Part shown: one piece after another, positions 32,779-33,368 of the stretch
Layout of the letters: each line of letters begins with the position of its first letter
Numbering within the stretch: the first letter of the stretch is position 1
Position numbers and translations under genes: made by a program
The notes under the pieces: model-generated
Databases searched by the model: none
Seen by the model: the letters and a program-made list of their open reading frames with translations, nothing else
What the model was told of the DNA's origin: nothing
IMG/VR virus record: IMGVR_UViG_3300002483_000039
Span: 1 to 33,368 of that record
Source: a virus
Lineage: Duplodnaviria; Caudoviricetes
Reading direction: 5' to 3' (one strand)
Length of the DNA: 33,368 nucleotides

Positions 32779-33368
32779 TTATGACCCGTTTATAAAGTAG
32801 TTTTGAGGAACTAAGTGTACAGAGGCTCGTTGACCATCCTCCGTTAAAGCTCTTTGTAATTCGTCTTCGTAATAAAGTTTTAAAGTTTGAGTCATTTGAG
32901 GATTTTTCTTTTGTGAAAGATAAAAAGCTAATCCTGACACCATGCAAGGAAGAAATCTAAAAGGAGCATCAGGCTGATTAGTATAAGCTCCAGCATCCTC
33001 TATCCTTCCAATATAGTTATAATTGATCTGCGTATCAGTGGTGTCAGGTGTTTGATAAAGATTGATTTGAACATTAGACAGGTTTCTCTCCACATAATAC
33101 TGTGTGGGCTGACCTTCAGAAAATTTATTGGGAATAGCTTGATACTCAGATCTTGAAATTTTTGTCATGGTTGTATCAGTGGTTGTTCCACCAGAAACTT
33201 GTCTAAAAGTCATTTCTAATACGTCACTCGCATCTGCTGGAGCTGTGTAGGTAGTTGTTCCTGATGTTAAATTTGTAGTTTGATTTTCTACTTTCCACAA
33301 ATGAATACCTCTGTTCATCCACTCTTGAAATAAAATATTTAGACTTCTTCTAGCTGATTTTAAATCAT
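32779..33368 (-). CDS. second adaptor-like protein, 5'-truncated by the window
   Basis: The frame stays open upstream of 33318 to the window end (DLKSARRSLNILFQEWMNRGIHLW); GQPTQYY, LYQTPD, PFRFLPCMVSGLAFYL. Confidence 0.75.
   Translation of the reverse strand, partial: DLKSARRSLNILFQEWMNRGIHLWKVENQTTNLTSGTTTYTAPADASDVLEMTFRQVSGGTTTDTTMTKISRSEYQAIPNKFSEGQPTQYYVERNLSNVQINLYQTPDTTDTQINYNYIGRIEDAGAYTNQPDAPFRFLPCMVSGLAFYLSQKKNPQMTQTLKLYYEDELQRALTEDGQRASVHLVPQNYFINGS

Noticed and set aside
15040-32947. Short plus-strand ORFs (15040 to 32051 starts) and alternate-frame minus ORFs 23340-23546, 28304-28504, 32744-32947
   Set aside because: They overlap real virion or cassette genes and are explained by codon bias of those genes

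Overview
A 33.4-kb AT-rich fragment of a tailed dsDNA phage genome. Gene content and organisation resemble marine podovirus-like phages of oligotrophic Alphaproteobacteria (pelagiphage/uvMED-like); this is an inference, no search was run. From left to right: (1) a poly-T end, a 32-bp periodic repeat and small ORFs, including an unlisted ribbon-helix-helix protein; (2) a leftward block with a PD-(D/E)XK nuclease, a SAM methyltransferase and an SNF2 helicase; (3) a rightward replication operon with a putative SSB, an AEP-type primase, an N4/N6 DNA methyltransferase, a UvrD-like helicase and a family A polymerase carrying Leu at the E. coli 762 position; (4) a long leftward virion operon with two adaptor paralogs, tail proteins, an S74-chaperoned fibre, a Gly/Pro-rich adhesin, a nozzle, ejection proteins and a lysozyme. 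The most striking element is a cassette of five different 2OG-Fe(II) oxygenase-like genes plus a GT-A glycosyltransferase, inserted downstream of the adhesin and its partner gene. It may be a hydroxylate-then-glycosylate system for the virion fibre. Other signals include a terminator-like RNA hairpin with an anti-Shine-Dalgarno loop, several leaderless promoters, shared short motifs among virion proteins, and five small genes missed by the ORF track. No tRNA, CRISPR array, integrase or reverse transcriptase was seen.
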